From contig OX597834.1 of the NCBI GenBank assembly GCA_951406725.2, positions 19,034,001 through 19,098,000 on the forward strand: DNA of 64,000 bases, written 5' to 3'. Below the pieces are notes generated by a model. It did not search any database. It was not told where the DNA came from and was given only the letters and a program-made list of their open reading frames with translations. This stretch comes from Octopus vulgaris (Eukaryota). A program made the position numbers and the translations under genes. This document shows positions 27,661-40,509 of the stretch, piece after piece. The first letter of the stretch is position 1. Every line of letters begins with the position of its first letter.

Positions 27661-28764
27661 AAAACATTTCAAATAGATCATATCTTGGACCACATTATCT
27701 GATGTCCTTTTTATTTCGTTTTAGCCCAATGATTCTCAAACAAGGTCCACATGACCCTTGATGATCCACACAAGGTTTTTTTGGTATTAAAATTTATGCA
27801 CAATAAATTACTTCTACTTCAACAATTTTTTAAAATACAATTCCTAATAATTCTTAATTATAAAAATATAATAGGATCTTTTAAACATCAAATGGCTAGG
27901 GGGCCCAGCAGAGTTAAATAAGAATCAAAGGGGTCCTTAGGCAAAAAATAAGACCCACAGTTTTAGGCAGTAGTGCTGCAATTTTATGGAGCTTTGGTTG
28001 CTATTTCTAGGAAGTAGAATGACCATATAGAAATTCCCTCATCGGTTCATGATTATTGGTAGTCATCGGTATTGGTATATATGACTGCTTTGGCTAGTAG
28101 TTGCAGAAGTGATTGTTCTCGTTGGTGCTGGGGTAGGCACTGGTGATGTCAGAGGTAAGAAATGTTGGTGCTTGGGCTTGCAACTAGAAGATAATTGCTG
28201 GAACTATAGTTCTTGTTATGAAACCTGACAGGAGAATGGTTTTGATAATTGGTAAAAGATTCAACAGAAATGCAGCTGTCAAAGGAAAGATTTTTATAAA
28301 GTGTTTGTTGTCTGTTGCTTCTTGTTCTTGTGGCGAAGAGGTTTGCAATGGTGGTGGTGAAAGGAAGTTGTTGAACCTGCCATGGGAAAGGAATGGACAG
28401 GGAGGAAATATCTTGAGAAATGGAATGAATGGTGCGGGGTGGGTGGGTGGGTGGGGGGAATGAAGAACAGGAAGTAAATGCATTTTGGAAGTCGATGGTG
28501 GCGGTGGTGGTGGTGGTGGTGGTGGTGATGGTGTGAATTGTGTGTAGAGATAGAAGAACAGAAAGACAGAGATAAGCAATGATTGAAAGAAAGAAAGAAA
28601 GAAAGAAAGAAAAGTAGGGAAGAGATTGAGAAAGGAAAACAATAGGTTAGGGAACAGAAAAAGAGAATAATACGTATATATGTACACACACACGCACAGA
28701 GGAAATGAATCTATATCTATAACGGATGTGCGTACACATGCATATGTGTACATATGATAATTCA

Positions 28765-28810
28765 TGTATGTATATATATGTATGTATAAATGTATATATA
28801 TATATGTATA

Positions 28811-28846
<36 letters not shown>

Positions 28847-28872
28847 TATATATATGTATGTATATATATATG

Positions 28873-28911
<39 letters not shown>

Positions 28912-29012
28912 ATATATATATATATATGTATGTATATGTATGTATATATATATATATGTATGTATATATATATATGTATGTATATGTATGTATATATATA
29001 TAAATGTATGTA

Positions 29013-29106
<94 letters not shown>

Positions 29107-29166
29107 AATGAATTCTTATCTATAGGTAACGGATATATATACGTATATAATTATATGAATGTGTGA

Positions 29167-29199
<33 letters not shown>

Positions 29200-29265
29200 T
29201 ATATATATATGAAATGAATTTATATATACAAATAATGGATATGTGTATATGTGTATATATATGTA

Positions 29266-29320
<55 letters not shown>

Positions 29321-29341
29321 GTATGTATGCATGTATGCATG

Positions 29342-29388
<47 letters not shown>

Positions 29389-29389
29389 T

Positions 29390-29420
<31 letters not shown>

Positions 29421-29421
29421 T

Positions 29422-29454
<33 letters not shown>

Positions 29455-29549
29455 TTATATATATATATATATATATAAATGTATGTATTTATATATATAT
29501 ATATATATATATAAATGTATGTATTTATATATATATGTATGTATGTATG

Positions 29550-29580
<31 letters not shown>
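28765..29580. repeat. (TA)n/(TATG)n/(CA)n compound microsatellite
   Basis: Direct read. Confidence 0.97.
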
Positions 29581-29581
<1 letters not shown>

Positions 29582-29612
29582 CTAGCTTAAAAGTTGCCCT
29601 CTTGTGGAGGGC
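29581..29612 (-). mobile_element. Possible Helitron 3' terminus
   Basis: On minus: hairpin GCCCTC-CACAA-GAGGGC 10 nt before a terminal CTAG-T. Confidence 0.4.
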
Positions 29613-30465
29613 TCCTCATTGGGCCTTAGACCCAATGGTGACACTACATGCATTGAGTGTTATTAAATTTTATTAAACTTGACCAATATTCATCAAGCAA
29701 TGAACAGTTTTCATCAAAACACTGATATGATTTGTTGACTTGGAACTTATTGCAAAGCTGCATGATAAACAGCAATTTTTGTCTTCCCATTCAGGGATCA
29801 GTATAATTTTTTTTTCTGTCCAACCTCTTTCTTTCTCTCTCTCTCTTTCTCTCTCTTTCTGTTGATTGTTTTCAACCATCACCATTGCCATCACAACTGC
29901 CAAACACACACCATTCAAACTTCTGACGCCATCACCATCAATACCTTTGATTTTGCTGCCTTCCCCTGCACTACCATCAACACTATTTTTCACATCGCTT
30001 ACTATCACCATCATCACTGACCACCTTAGCTACCACCACCACCACCACCACCACCACCACTGTTGCCTCTGCTTCTATCACAACTACAGCTCATACTATT
30101 ACTATCACCCCATTACCATCACAACTGTCAATCTGCTACTGCCCTCACCGTCTCTATGCCTACTATTACTCTCACCCCAGCATGAGGAATAGTAGAAGTG
30201 TTAATGAATAGTGAGACAGGGGCTCGAAGTGAAACACAGAAATTCATTTTGGCATTTATTATCATATATACATATGTATATATATATATATATATATATG
30301 TCAATTAAGGACTGAACACGAAAAAGTGGACAGTCAACATGCTAGATATAGACGTCAAATCGCCATTCTCCACAAAGATTTTGTTCTCAAATAAAATAAA
30401 ATTCAGCACGACCTAAAGCAATAGATAAGACAAAAGAAATATACGAAATGGAATAATCACCTGCG

Positions 30466-30518
30466 TACCAAACGGTTTCAGCTATTAATATCACAAGGAT
30501 ATCTGTAGCTTCGTCAGC
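30466..30518 (-). ncRNA. Type I hammerhead ribozyme motif (stem I disrupted)
   Basis: Minus: G-CTGACGA-AGCTA..ATATC CTTGT GATAT..TAGCT-GAAA-CC GTTT GG-TA; intact core, stem II, 3-bp stem III and GUA site, but only 1 bp of stem I. Confidence 0.65.
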
Positions 30519-30526
30519 TATGTATA

Positions 30527-30603
<77 letters not shown>

Positions 30604-30989
30604 TAATACATAGATAAACAGAGATTAGAAGAACAGGGGAAAATTAGTTGAAAGATAAGAGAGACTAAATGACATAAAAAAGAGAGAAATACGAAGAGGA
30701 GAGAAAATCAGTCAATGAGTTGGAAATTTGAGGATGATGAGGAAAAAAAGAAACAAAGACAACAATGGGTTGGGCGTGGGGCTGTTAGTAAAAAAATATG
30801 AAAAAAGTCTAAAAGTGTTTGTGAGAGGATGAATTTTCACCAATTTTTATCAGTGAGAACAAGAAAAAAAATTTCTGAGGAATTTTAACACAGTAAATTT
30901 AATTGTCTGAAAGCACCAATACACACCTCGTTTATTAAAATTAGCAGATTATTGAACAAGCCATACTTTTACACATACATGTGATCTTC

Positions 30990-31282
30990 TTCTCTTAGCA
31001 CTCTGTCGGTTACGACGACGAGGGTTCCGGTTGATCTGAATCAACGGAACAGCCTGCTCGTGAAATTAACATGTAAGTGGCTGAGCACTCCACAGACACG
31101 TGTACCCTTAACGTAGTTCTCGGGGATATTCAGCGTGACACAGAGAGTGACAAGGCTGGCCCTTTGAAGTACAGGCACAACAGAAACAGGAAGTAAGAGT
31201 GAGAGAAAGTTGTGGTGAAAGAGTACAGCAGGGATCACCACCATCCCCTGCCGGAGCCTCGTGGAGCTTTTAGGTGTTTTAC
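30990..31282 (-). mobile_element. SINE 3' fragment (family D, related to 42175-42480 and 51420-51680)
   Basis: Shares GAAAGTTGTGGTG..AGAGT with 42310 and the reverse complement of CTGAGCACTCCACAGACAC with 51575. Confidence 0.7.
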
Positions 31283-31495
31283 TATACATGTGATCACATA
31301 TACACTCACATGCACGCCCTAGATACATACACACACACACACATTCTTATACATAGGCATCAAACACTACTGATATTGAGTAACCATTAACATTGTCAAA
31401 CTGACGCCACCTGTTGGCAACAGATTTCTACACAAAGTTCTACATTTCAATTCTCCATTTGTTTTAACAAAATGAATTTTTTGATACTTGAAATC

Positions 31496-31531
<36 letters not shown>

Positions 31532-31570
31532 TATGATAATAATAATAATAATAATAATAATCATAATAAT

Positions 31571-31888
31571 AAACTTTCAAAATACAAAGACCTGGAAATG
31601 GAGGTAACCAGAATGTGGAATCTAAAAACAGAAACAATTCCTATCATAGTAGGTGCATTAGGCATGATAAAAAAATATTCAGACAAATACATAACAAAAA
31701 CGCCAGGACTTACAAACACATATAACATACAGAAAATTGCACCACTAGGCACTGCACACATCCTACGCAGAACACTTTCCATACAATAACCATCAGAGCA
31801 TCACAACAAATCACAGCACATACCCAAGGCACACAGAGCTGTGCTCGGTAGTGAAGTGAAAGCATGCTATAAAAATAAAACTACTGAT
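31571..31888 (+). mobile_element. 3' end of R4/Dong-clade RLE non-LTR retrotransposon in a (TAA)n tract
   Basis: KLSKYKDLEMEVTRMWNLKTETIPIIVGALG...LGTAHILRRTL matches the restriction-like endonuclease C-terminus (KxxKYxDL...PIxxGALG); (TAA)n on both sides. Confidence 0.85.
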
Positions 31889-31921
31889 TAATAATAATAA
31901 TAATAATAATAATTATTATTA

Positions 31922-31958
<37 letters not shown>

Positions 31959-32250
31959 CTTCAGTTCTCCAGATTTATCAATGTTCCTGACTTTGGGTAA
32001 AAGATAATGCAGGAAGATCAGTTAACTATGATTTTACTCAATGTATTCCCCTCCAAGAATCACACGCTTACTGCAGCGGTCCTTCAGTTTTTCTAAACCC
32101 TGTAAAAGAACTTGGAAGGTTGGGCCTGCAACCAGGCCTTTCACGAAATCCTTAAAGCCAGGAACTTTCCAGTAGCCCCTCTTGTGTGTGTGCATATATA
32201 TATATATATATACATATATATATGTGCATGTGTGTGTGTATGTGTGCCTG

Positions 32251-32612
32251 AAGGCACATGACTCAGTGGTTAGAGTGTTGAGCTTGCAATCATGAGGTTG
32301 TGAGTTCAATTCCTGGACTGGGCTGTGTGTTGTGTTCTTGAGCAAGATACTTTATTTCCTGTTTGCTCGAGTTCACTCAGCTGTAGAAATGAGTTGCAAT
32401 GTCACTAGTGCCCAGCTGTATCAGCCTTTGTCTTTCCCTTAGATAACATCAGTGGCATGGAGAGGGGAGGCTGGTATGCATGGGTGACTGCTGGTCTTTC
32501 ATAAAAACAACCCTAGGTTGTGTGTTCGCTGGTGAGGCAAATTTCGGCCCCAACTTGTACCCTGGAGGGGAACCTCTTAGGTACACTCATGGTCATTTGT
32601 GACCAATGGAGT
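32251..32612 (+). mobile_element. tRNA-derived SINE, family C (CORE-like)
   Basis: A-box TGACTCAGTGG, B-box GAGTTCAATTCC, TGTGTTCTTGAGCAAG; matches the inverted copy at 43171-43508. Confidence 0.85.
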
Positions 32613-32851
32613 CGAGTTTACACACGCACACACACACACACACACATATCAAGTCAAAACAGACAACTGGAGCCTGGTGCAGTTCTCCAGCTTATAAGCT
32701 CTGGTCAATCTGTCCAACCCATGCCAGCATGGAAAACAGATGTCAAATGATAGTGATGATGATGGTTCAAAGTGAAAGTGTTTATGTGTGTATGGATATT
32801 GTTTTCTAACTGTCTATATGTTATCCTATAAGTTCACACATATTCATATGT

Positions 32852-32901
<50 letters not shown>

Positions 32902-33561
32902 TTACATATGTGTGTGATTGTGTTACAATTTTTACATAAACATTAAAAATTAGCATTGTTATTCGGAAATGCTATTTTTGTGTATTTTAAAATCTTCCAT
33001 TGAACATGATTTCCGAAGTTTATTCAATCAGAATTAATATGATTTATCCTACTTTTGTGCCATTGGTTTATTTATTTATAAGTTTTACAAATTTTTAAAC
33101 ATTGGTGAAGGAAAATGGTGCTATTGTGAAAAAAAAAAAAAAAGTATCTGTTTATAGTTTATAGTGGTATTGATTTCTGACATTGGCACAAGGTCACACA
33201 TTTCGAAAGGAAACTATATTTGATTAAATCAACTCCATTTGACAGCTGCAAGATTTGAATTCAGATTATGAAGGGACATTATCAAATACTGTTAGATATT
33301 TTTGCCTGATGCCCTACAAAATCTGCCAATCAACTGCCCTGTTTATTGCAATAGTTGTTTATAATTTAGGCACAAAGCCAACAATTCCAAGGAGAGGGAT
33401 TTAGTTGATTACATCAACCCCAGTATATAACTGGTACTTTATTTTCTTGATCCCAAAAAGAATCATTATTGTCATTTAACATTGACTTTCCATGTTGTCA
33501 TGGGCTGGACTAAAATATTTTTTGCTTTAACATCAACTCTTCAATCTATAATATTCTTATA

Positions 33562-33729
33562 GGCATAGGAGTGGCTGCGTGTTAAGTAGCTTGCTTACCA
33601 GCCACATGGTTCCGGGTTCAGTCCCACTGCGTGGCACCTTGGGCAAGTGTCTTCTGCTATAGCCCCGGGCCGACCAATGCCTTGTGAGTGGATTTGGTAG
33701 ATGGAAACTGATAGAAGCCTGTCGTATAT

Positions 33730-33772
<43 letters not shown>

Positions 33773-33990
33773 TGCGTTTGTGCATCTGTGTTTGTCTCCC
33801 TAGCATTGCTTGACAACCGATGCTGGTGTGTTTATGTCCACGTCACTTAGCGGTTCGGCAAATGAGACCGATAGAATAGGTACTGGGCTTACAAAAGAAT
33901 AAGTCCCGGGGTCGAGTTGCTCGATTAAAGGCGGTACTCCAGCATGGCCGTAGTCAACTGACTGAAACAAGTAAAAGAGTAAAAGAGAGA
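33562..33990 (+). mobile_element. Family A SINE followed by two head fragments in opposite orientation (33999-34080 +, 34100-34245 -)
   Basis: Collinear with other copies. Confidence 0.88.
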
Positions 33991-34508
33991 GTAACAAGTA
34001 GGAGTGGCTGTGTGGTAAGTAGCTTGCTTACCAACCACATGGTTCTCGGTTCAGTTCCACTGCGTGGCACCTTGGGCAAATGATGATGATGATAATAACA
34101 TGACAAGCTTCTTTCAGTTTCCATCAACCAAATCCATTTACAAGGCTTTGGTTGGCCTGTAGAAGACACTTGACCAAGGTGCCATGCAATGGGACTGAAC
34201 CCAAAACCATGTGGCCGTGAAGTAAACCTCTTACCACACAGCAGCATATATTAAATCACAACCATATCCCTTATACACATCAGTGTTTCAACCAAGTATT
34301 TCCTTACATCACAGCTACTTTCTCATTATCTCTAGTGTCCTTCTCTGATTAGTCTCATTATCGCTTTTTTAGAAGCAATTCTTTATCCTATCAGTTAATC
34401 TCGGTTGTGGAATATAAGCTGAGATTAGAGTGTCTGTCTCATTGCTCATCAATATTTTTTCCGTATTACATTCTCATGATTCATTCTGTCTACATTGATC
34501 ACTGCTAC

Positions 34509-34561
<53 letters not shown>

Positions 34562-34656
34562 AATAGAGGGAGATAAATTAATATTAATATCAATTTAAAA
34601 CCAGTAGTCCAGCATACAAAAAATCTGAGAAGTCAGAGAAAATTCTAATATATGTG

Positions 34657-34814
34657 TATATTGGCAGGGCCAGACTGCTAGGTAGTCGGCCAAATGCTAG
34701 AAATAGATCATCAACGATCAAACTACAAAGGGAATTCTCTAGAGGACCCTTTGTAGTTTGATCATTGATGATCTATTTCTAGCATTTGGCCGACTACCTA
34801 GCAGTCTGGCCCTG

Positions 34815-34822
<8 letters not shown>
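34657..34822. repeat. Long inverted repeat (76-bp arms, 14-nt loop)
   Basis: 34657-34732 is the reverse complement of 34747-34822 with one mismatch. Confidence 0.97.
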
Positions 34823-34852
<30 letters not shown>

Positions 34853-35128
34853 AATATTTGGGGGAATAAAATCGAAAACTTACAAGGAAAAAAATTCACT
34901 TTAGAAATCCTAAATCAAATTTCACCCAATATAATCTATATATAAAAAATTAGAAAAAACCCCACCTTTTATCAATTCAAAATGAACAATTAAATTACAC
35001 CATCTAGAAAATTACATATAATAGAAATATTATATTAAAATAACAATAAAAAGTCAAAGATTAAGTAAATTGCAAAAAAAAATAATAATAACGTATATAG
35101 ATTGTATATATATATGTATATATATATG

Positions 35129-35174
<46 letters not shown>

Positions 35175-35179
<5 letters not shown>

Positions 35180-35547
35180 TTTATATGTTTCGGTCATTAG
35201 GCTGTTGCCATGCTGGAGCACTGCTTTGAAGATTTTTTAGTCAAATGAATTGACTCCAGTACTTATTTTATTTCTAAACCTGGTACTTATTGTATTGGTC
35301 TCTTTTGCTGAACTGCTAAGTTACAGAGACATAAACACACCAACACCATTGTCAAGCAGTGATGGTGGGACAAGCACGTGCAAAGACACACATACATATA
35401 AACATGTACACACATATATGTATACATACATACATATATAATATACATATCTATAAGTGTGAGTATGTATGTATAAATATATGTGTGTGTATGTACATAT
35501 ATATATGTATATGAATGTAAATATGCATATACATATACACGTATATG

Positions 35548-35584
<37 letters not shown>

Positions 35585-35745
35585 GTATATATGACGGGCT
35601 TCTTTCAGTTTCCATCTACCAAATCCGCTCAAAAAGCTTTGGTTGGTCTGAGGCTATAGTAGAAGATACTTGCCCAAAGTGCCACACAGTGGGACTGAAC
35701 CTGCAACTATGTGGTTGGAGAGCAGGCTTCTTATCACACAGCCAA
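35175..35745 (-). mobile_element. Family A SINE with expanded internal microsatellite
   Basis: Collinear with other copies. Confidence 0.85.
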
Positions 35746-36098
35746 TGCTGATATATTCATTTATACAACTGCTGTCTCTGTTGTGTTACTGTTCGATAAA
35801 TTATATAAATTATTAGAAAGTGTGTCAGAAAAATGTACTCTTAATTTCTTAAGCTAATTATAAAAATGCGTTAACTTTAGCATGTGTATGTTTAGGTCAG
35901 TTTATGCACACTTCTACTTGAAAGGTAAAATGTTGTCAAATGAAATATTTAGCAAAAGTACAAAGCAATCATAGAAATTAGCTAAAATTAAGACCAACAG
36001 ATTCCTTAGAAATATTCTCTAGACAGAACTGTAACGAGTCAATCACCATTGCCACTTAGAGAAATTCAATGAGCTGATATGTCAGAAGGTATCTACAG

Positions 36099-36563
36099 GA
36101 ACATCTATTGATGATTATAGTTGTCTCTGTGAACGGGAACTTGGTCTGCAAAGATACAGAATTGATTACAATAAATTCTATGTAAAGGAAACACACTCAA
36201 AGAGACATATTGATCACAGCAAGGAATTCCATGCTGCTAAATCTTTTAATGCTCACAGTTCGGTAAACTTTTGGTAACCTCAACAAACTTATTGGTTTTA
36301 TTACTGCTAGGTCACACTTCTTTTGTAATTGTTATTTTAGTAATTATCGACTTGCCGAACGTTAGTGTTAGTGTCGGTCTTGGATTTATGCCCAGGTCTT
36401 ACGAAAAGGAGAATCAGATGGTTTAGTTCCAGCATTAATAGATGCCAGCATGGCCAAACCTGTAAGGTGTTTATAAAGTCGTCTTTATGTCTGGTTATTT
36501 TTTAATTGTTTGTTTCCATACTTATATCAGTTGGGCGGTACTGTTTCCGGCTTTTTCACATGA
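36099..36563 (+). CDS. Candidate three-exon 3' coding end of an unknown gene (36099-36262, 36396-36461, 36531-36563)
   Basis: GT-AG introns in compatible phase 0 join TSIDDYSCLCER...NAHSS|VLRKGESDGLVPALIDASMAKP|LGGTVSGFFT*; no recognisable homology. Confidence 0.25.
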
Positions 36564-36685
36564 GTTGCTGCCAACATAACGTGAGGAAATTGTGTCTCGT
36601 CCACACAACTGGATGATGAAATGGCATTTTGTTTGTCTCTTAGAATTTTTCACACATTTAGCACATGTCTATTACTGAGATGAAG

Positions 36686-36727
<42 letters not shown>

Positions 36728-37884
36728 GATGACAATTTCAGATTTTGGCTCAAGGCCAGGAATTTTGAGGAAGGGGATAAGTCAATAACATTGACTGCCA
36801 GTACTCAACTGGTACTTATTTTACTGACCCTGAAAGGATGAATGGTAAAGTTGACCTTGACGGAATTTGAACTCAGAATGTAAAGACATTTTGCCTGGCA
36901 TGTTAACGATTCTGCCAGCTTACTGCCTTTTTTTAAAAATTGTAGTCAAACAAATTGACAATAATCACAATAATAATAAAAACAATAATAATGATAACGA
37001 TAGTAACGATGATAAATGCCCTAATGCCTTACCAAGCAATGGCTGTCATGGCTTCTGATCTTAACTGATTGGAAGTCTTTGGCATAAAAAATGGGCTACA
37101 GTAAATATTCTGCTCAGTACCACAGATTTGCTTGTCAGTTGTTTGACCTTAACTACTTGAGCATGTTCCTTACTGGCTGATGATATGTGCATCTCTGATC
37201 ATGAGCAGAAGTAGTGGGGGAGCATCATAGCCATGTGTTGAGAGGGATTCTTTGGGGTTTGAATAATTCACCTCAGGAAACATCGGTAGTTCTTCCAACA
37301 TCCTTAAACAACCCCTATTCAGGGACCTTTTGAGTGGGACGGGCTAGTCGACTCAAAGAAAATTCTAACTCAGCCCCACCTGCAAGGTCATGCACTGTTT
37401 ATCTTAATATGAGATCACCATGTCCTGCACATATGGTTGTGATGCATATGCCTGGAGTACCCTTATCAGACAGTTAGTCATGATGAGTATATTGAGCTTC
37501 ATATATTTCTATCCCAGTGTCAATTTGATGACATGCCTGCTTTCTCACTCAATAATGATAGTAATATTTTTAAGTCATAAAATAACAGCTTGCAGTCAAT
37601 TAAAATATCTTTTCACCTGCTTTCCCTTTTATCTTGAAATTTAAGATGCTTTATTCAATAAAAATTGATTACAAATAAATGAAGAAGGTGATTGGGTATT
37701 GAAGGATTTTAGAGTTGATAGGGTATTGAAGGATTTTAGAGTTGATAGGATACATAATGAAGTTGTGTTTTATTGATTACTTGTAGCTTAGCGAATCCAT
37801 AATTAAGTAGGAAATGTCTTGAGGTCTACTGATATTGCAGTGATCGAAGTTATCGGTGAGTTTTATGCTAACATAATCTGATCT

Positions 37885-38250
37885 GAGCAGGTGTGACTGT
37901 GTGGTTAAGAAGTTTGGGGTTCCTGAAAAAGTGGTTTCAGGTTCAGTCCCACTGTACAGCACCTTGGGCAAAAGTCTTTTACAATAGCCTTGGGCCAATC
38001 CAAAACCTTGTGAGGAAATTTGGCAGACAGAAACCGAAGGCAGCAAGCTGGCAGAAACGTTAGCACACCAGGCAAAATGCTTAGTGGTAATTCGTCTGCC
38101 GCTATGTTCCGTGTTCAAATTCCGCCAAGGTCGATTTTGCCTTTCATCCTTTTGGGGTCAATTAAATAAGTACCAGTGAAACACTAGGTTTGATGTAATC
38201 GACTAATCCCCTCCCCACAAAAATTTCAGCCCTTGTACCTATAACAGAGT
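37885..38250 (+). mobile_element. Family A SINE head abutting a family B SINE (38038-38250)
   Basis: Family A head runs to CAGAAACCG, then the AAGGCAGCAAGCTGGCAGAAACG family B head begins. Confidence 0.8.
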
Positions 38251-38674
38251 GGATTATTGTTATTATTATTATTATTGAGCAAGTGACTATCATCATCATC
38301 ATCATCATATAACATTCCCTTTGCCATGCTCACAAGGTTTAGACAGGATTCATTGAGGCAAATTTCCTACAGTCAAATGCCCTTCCTGTCATCAAACCTC
38401 ACCACTTCTTAAACATGGCCATATTTCCCCCTGCTGGCTAGACATGTTTTCACAGAAAGACTGGAAATGAATGACACTGCATGTATGACAGAGGCAATCA
38501 ATTTACAAATACTGCATGATGTTAAGACAAGGGGGACACAAACACAAGGCATCCAGCTGTAAAAACCAAGCCAAAAGAGACAGCAGCGCTTGGTGCAGTC
38601 CTCTGGCTTGCTAGCTTCTGTCAAATCATTCAACCAATACCAGCATGGAAAATGGACATTAAATGATGATGATG

Positions 38675-38706
<32 letters not shown>

Positions 38707-39237
38707 CATGCTTCACTGATTACTTTTATAAATGTTTTTCTGAAAAATGCCTGACATAGTTTGCAAGATAGGTTGAAGATGTTTTAGCTTTTAAGATGTT
38801 AACAAGAGGAAATATGAACAGATATCCCTAACATTACTGAAGCATTGAGACCCTGAAAAAATCTTCCTGTTATGTCAAATCTCATTACATCTTATTTTCC
38901 TATTGGCTTTCATGTTACATGACACGGAAGTTTGTGGGAAAATAAGTTTTACATTATAAAACGCCATGTTATGATAATATTTTTAGGAATGCAGTATCTC
39001 CATAAGGCAGAATATGACTATATAATTCTTCCTGTACTATGGATGTTTATCTGTTGTTGGTATAAGAATATTTACACTCAGAACTACATGCATATAAAAT
39101 TCTCATCATTTAAACACTTAGATGGCTACCAGTAACAGCCATGTCTTGTAGTTAGTTGCCTGTCAACAAAGTATCCAGTCACAATTATGAAATGAGCTCT
39201 ATTTATAATAAACAAATTATCATTATTATTATTATTA

Positions 39238-39295
<58 letters not shown>

Positions 39296-39296
39296 G

Positions 39297-39545
39297 GTGG
39301 AGGTGCGTGGCTTAGTGGTTAGGATGTCAGCATCAGGATTGTAAGATTGTGGTTTCGATTCCTGGACCGGGCGATGCATAGTGTTCTTGAGCAAAACACT
39401 TCATTTCACATTGCCCCAGTCCACTCAGCTGGCAAAAATGAGCAACGCTGTGATGGACTGGCGTCCCGCCCAGCTAGGGAACACATACGCCATAGAAACT
39501 GGGAAACTGGGCCCACAAGCCTGGCTAGGCTTTAAAAGGGTGCAT
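39297..39545 (+). mobile_element. Family C-related SINE after an (ATT)n tract
   Basis: GGCTTAGTGGTTAGG A-box, GTTTCGATTCC B-box, GTGTTCTTGAGCAA. Confidence 0.8.
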
Positions 39546-39763
39546 TTATTTTTTTATTTTATTATTATTATGTCAAAGTGTGATATACATGATCAAATAG
39601 GAAATAATATTCTTTTGCTGGTCAGTGAAAATCCCAATGGCTTTGGTGGTTGTGACTGTCAGACATTTTATTATTATTTAAATGACCCAAGATGAATATA
39701 TTTTATATCCTTATTTTTTGTTCCATTCTGTAAACTGACAGTATTCAAAGGTTTTGAGGACAG

Positions 39764-39804
<41 letters not shown>

Positions 39805-40147
39805 CAAACAACATATACACAGATGTATGTTTACACTCAAAAGAAAATAGCACTTACAGCATGGTGTAACTTCATATTTATTTGTAACAGAGGCTTACTC
39901 CAGTGTTCGTCAGTCCTTTTATACATGTGGAGTATATCAGCAATTGTACAAAAGTGTGCATGCATGTGTGTATATATATATATATAAACAGCCGAAATTA
40001 CTAAGATGATCCGGTTCCCGACTGAAGATTAGAGGCTTCGAGTGACCCATCGGTTTTTTGTGTCGTCTCCTTGTGTGTTTTTGCGTTCTTGTCCCACTTT
40101 GTAATTTATATTTTATATTAAATTCTATACATATAGTATATATATAT

Positions 40148-40249
40148 ACTCACTTTTACTCTTTTACTTGTTTCAGTCATTTGACTGTGGCCATGCTGGA
40201 GCACCGCCTTTAGTCAAGCAATGCTAGGGGGACAAACACAGACACACAA

Positions 40250-40304
<55 letters not shown>

Positions 40305-40449
40305 TACGACAGGCTTCTTTCAGTTTCCGTCTACCAAATCAACTCTCAAGGCATTGGTCGGCCCAGGGCTATAGCAGAAGACACTTGCCCAAGATGCCAC
40401 GCAGTGGAACTGAACCCGGAACCATGTGGTTGGTTAGCAAGCTACTTAC
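40148..40449 (-). mobile_element. Family A SINE with internal deletion
   Basis: TTTAGTC joined directly to AAGCAATGCT, skipping about 110 nt present in other copies. Confidence 0.88.
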
Positions 40450-40467
40450 CACACAGCCTCTCCTGCT

Positions 40468-40509
<42 letters not shown>

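Noticed and set aside
40015-40055. CTGAAGA core with CCGA/TCGG flanks as a hammerhead
   Set aside because: No GAAA and no valid NUH site; kept only as a TA-flanked cassette
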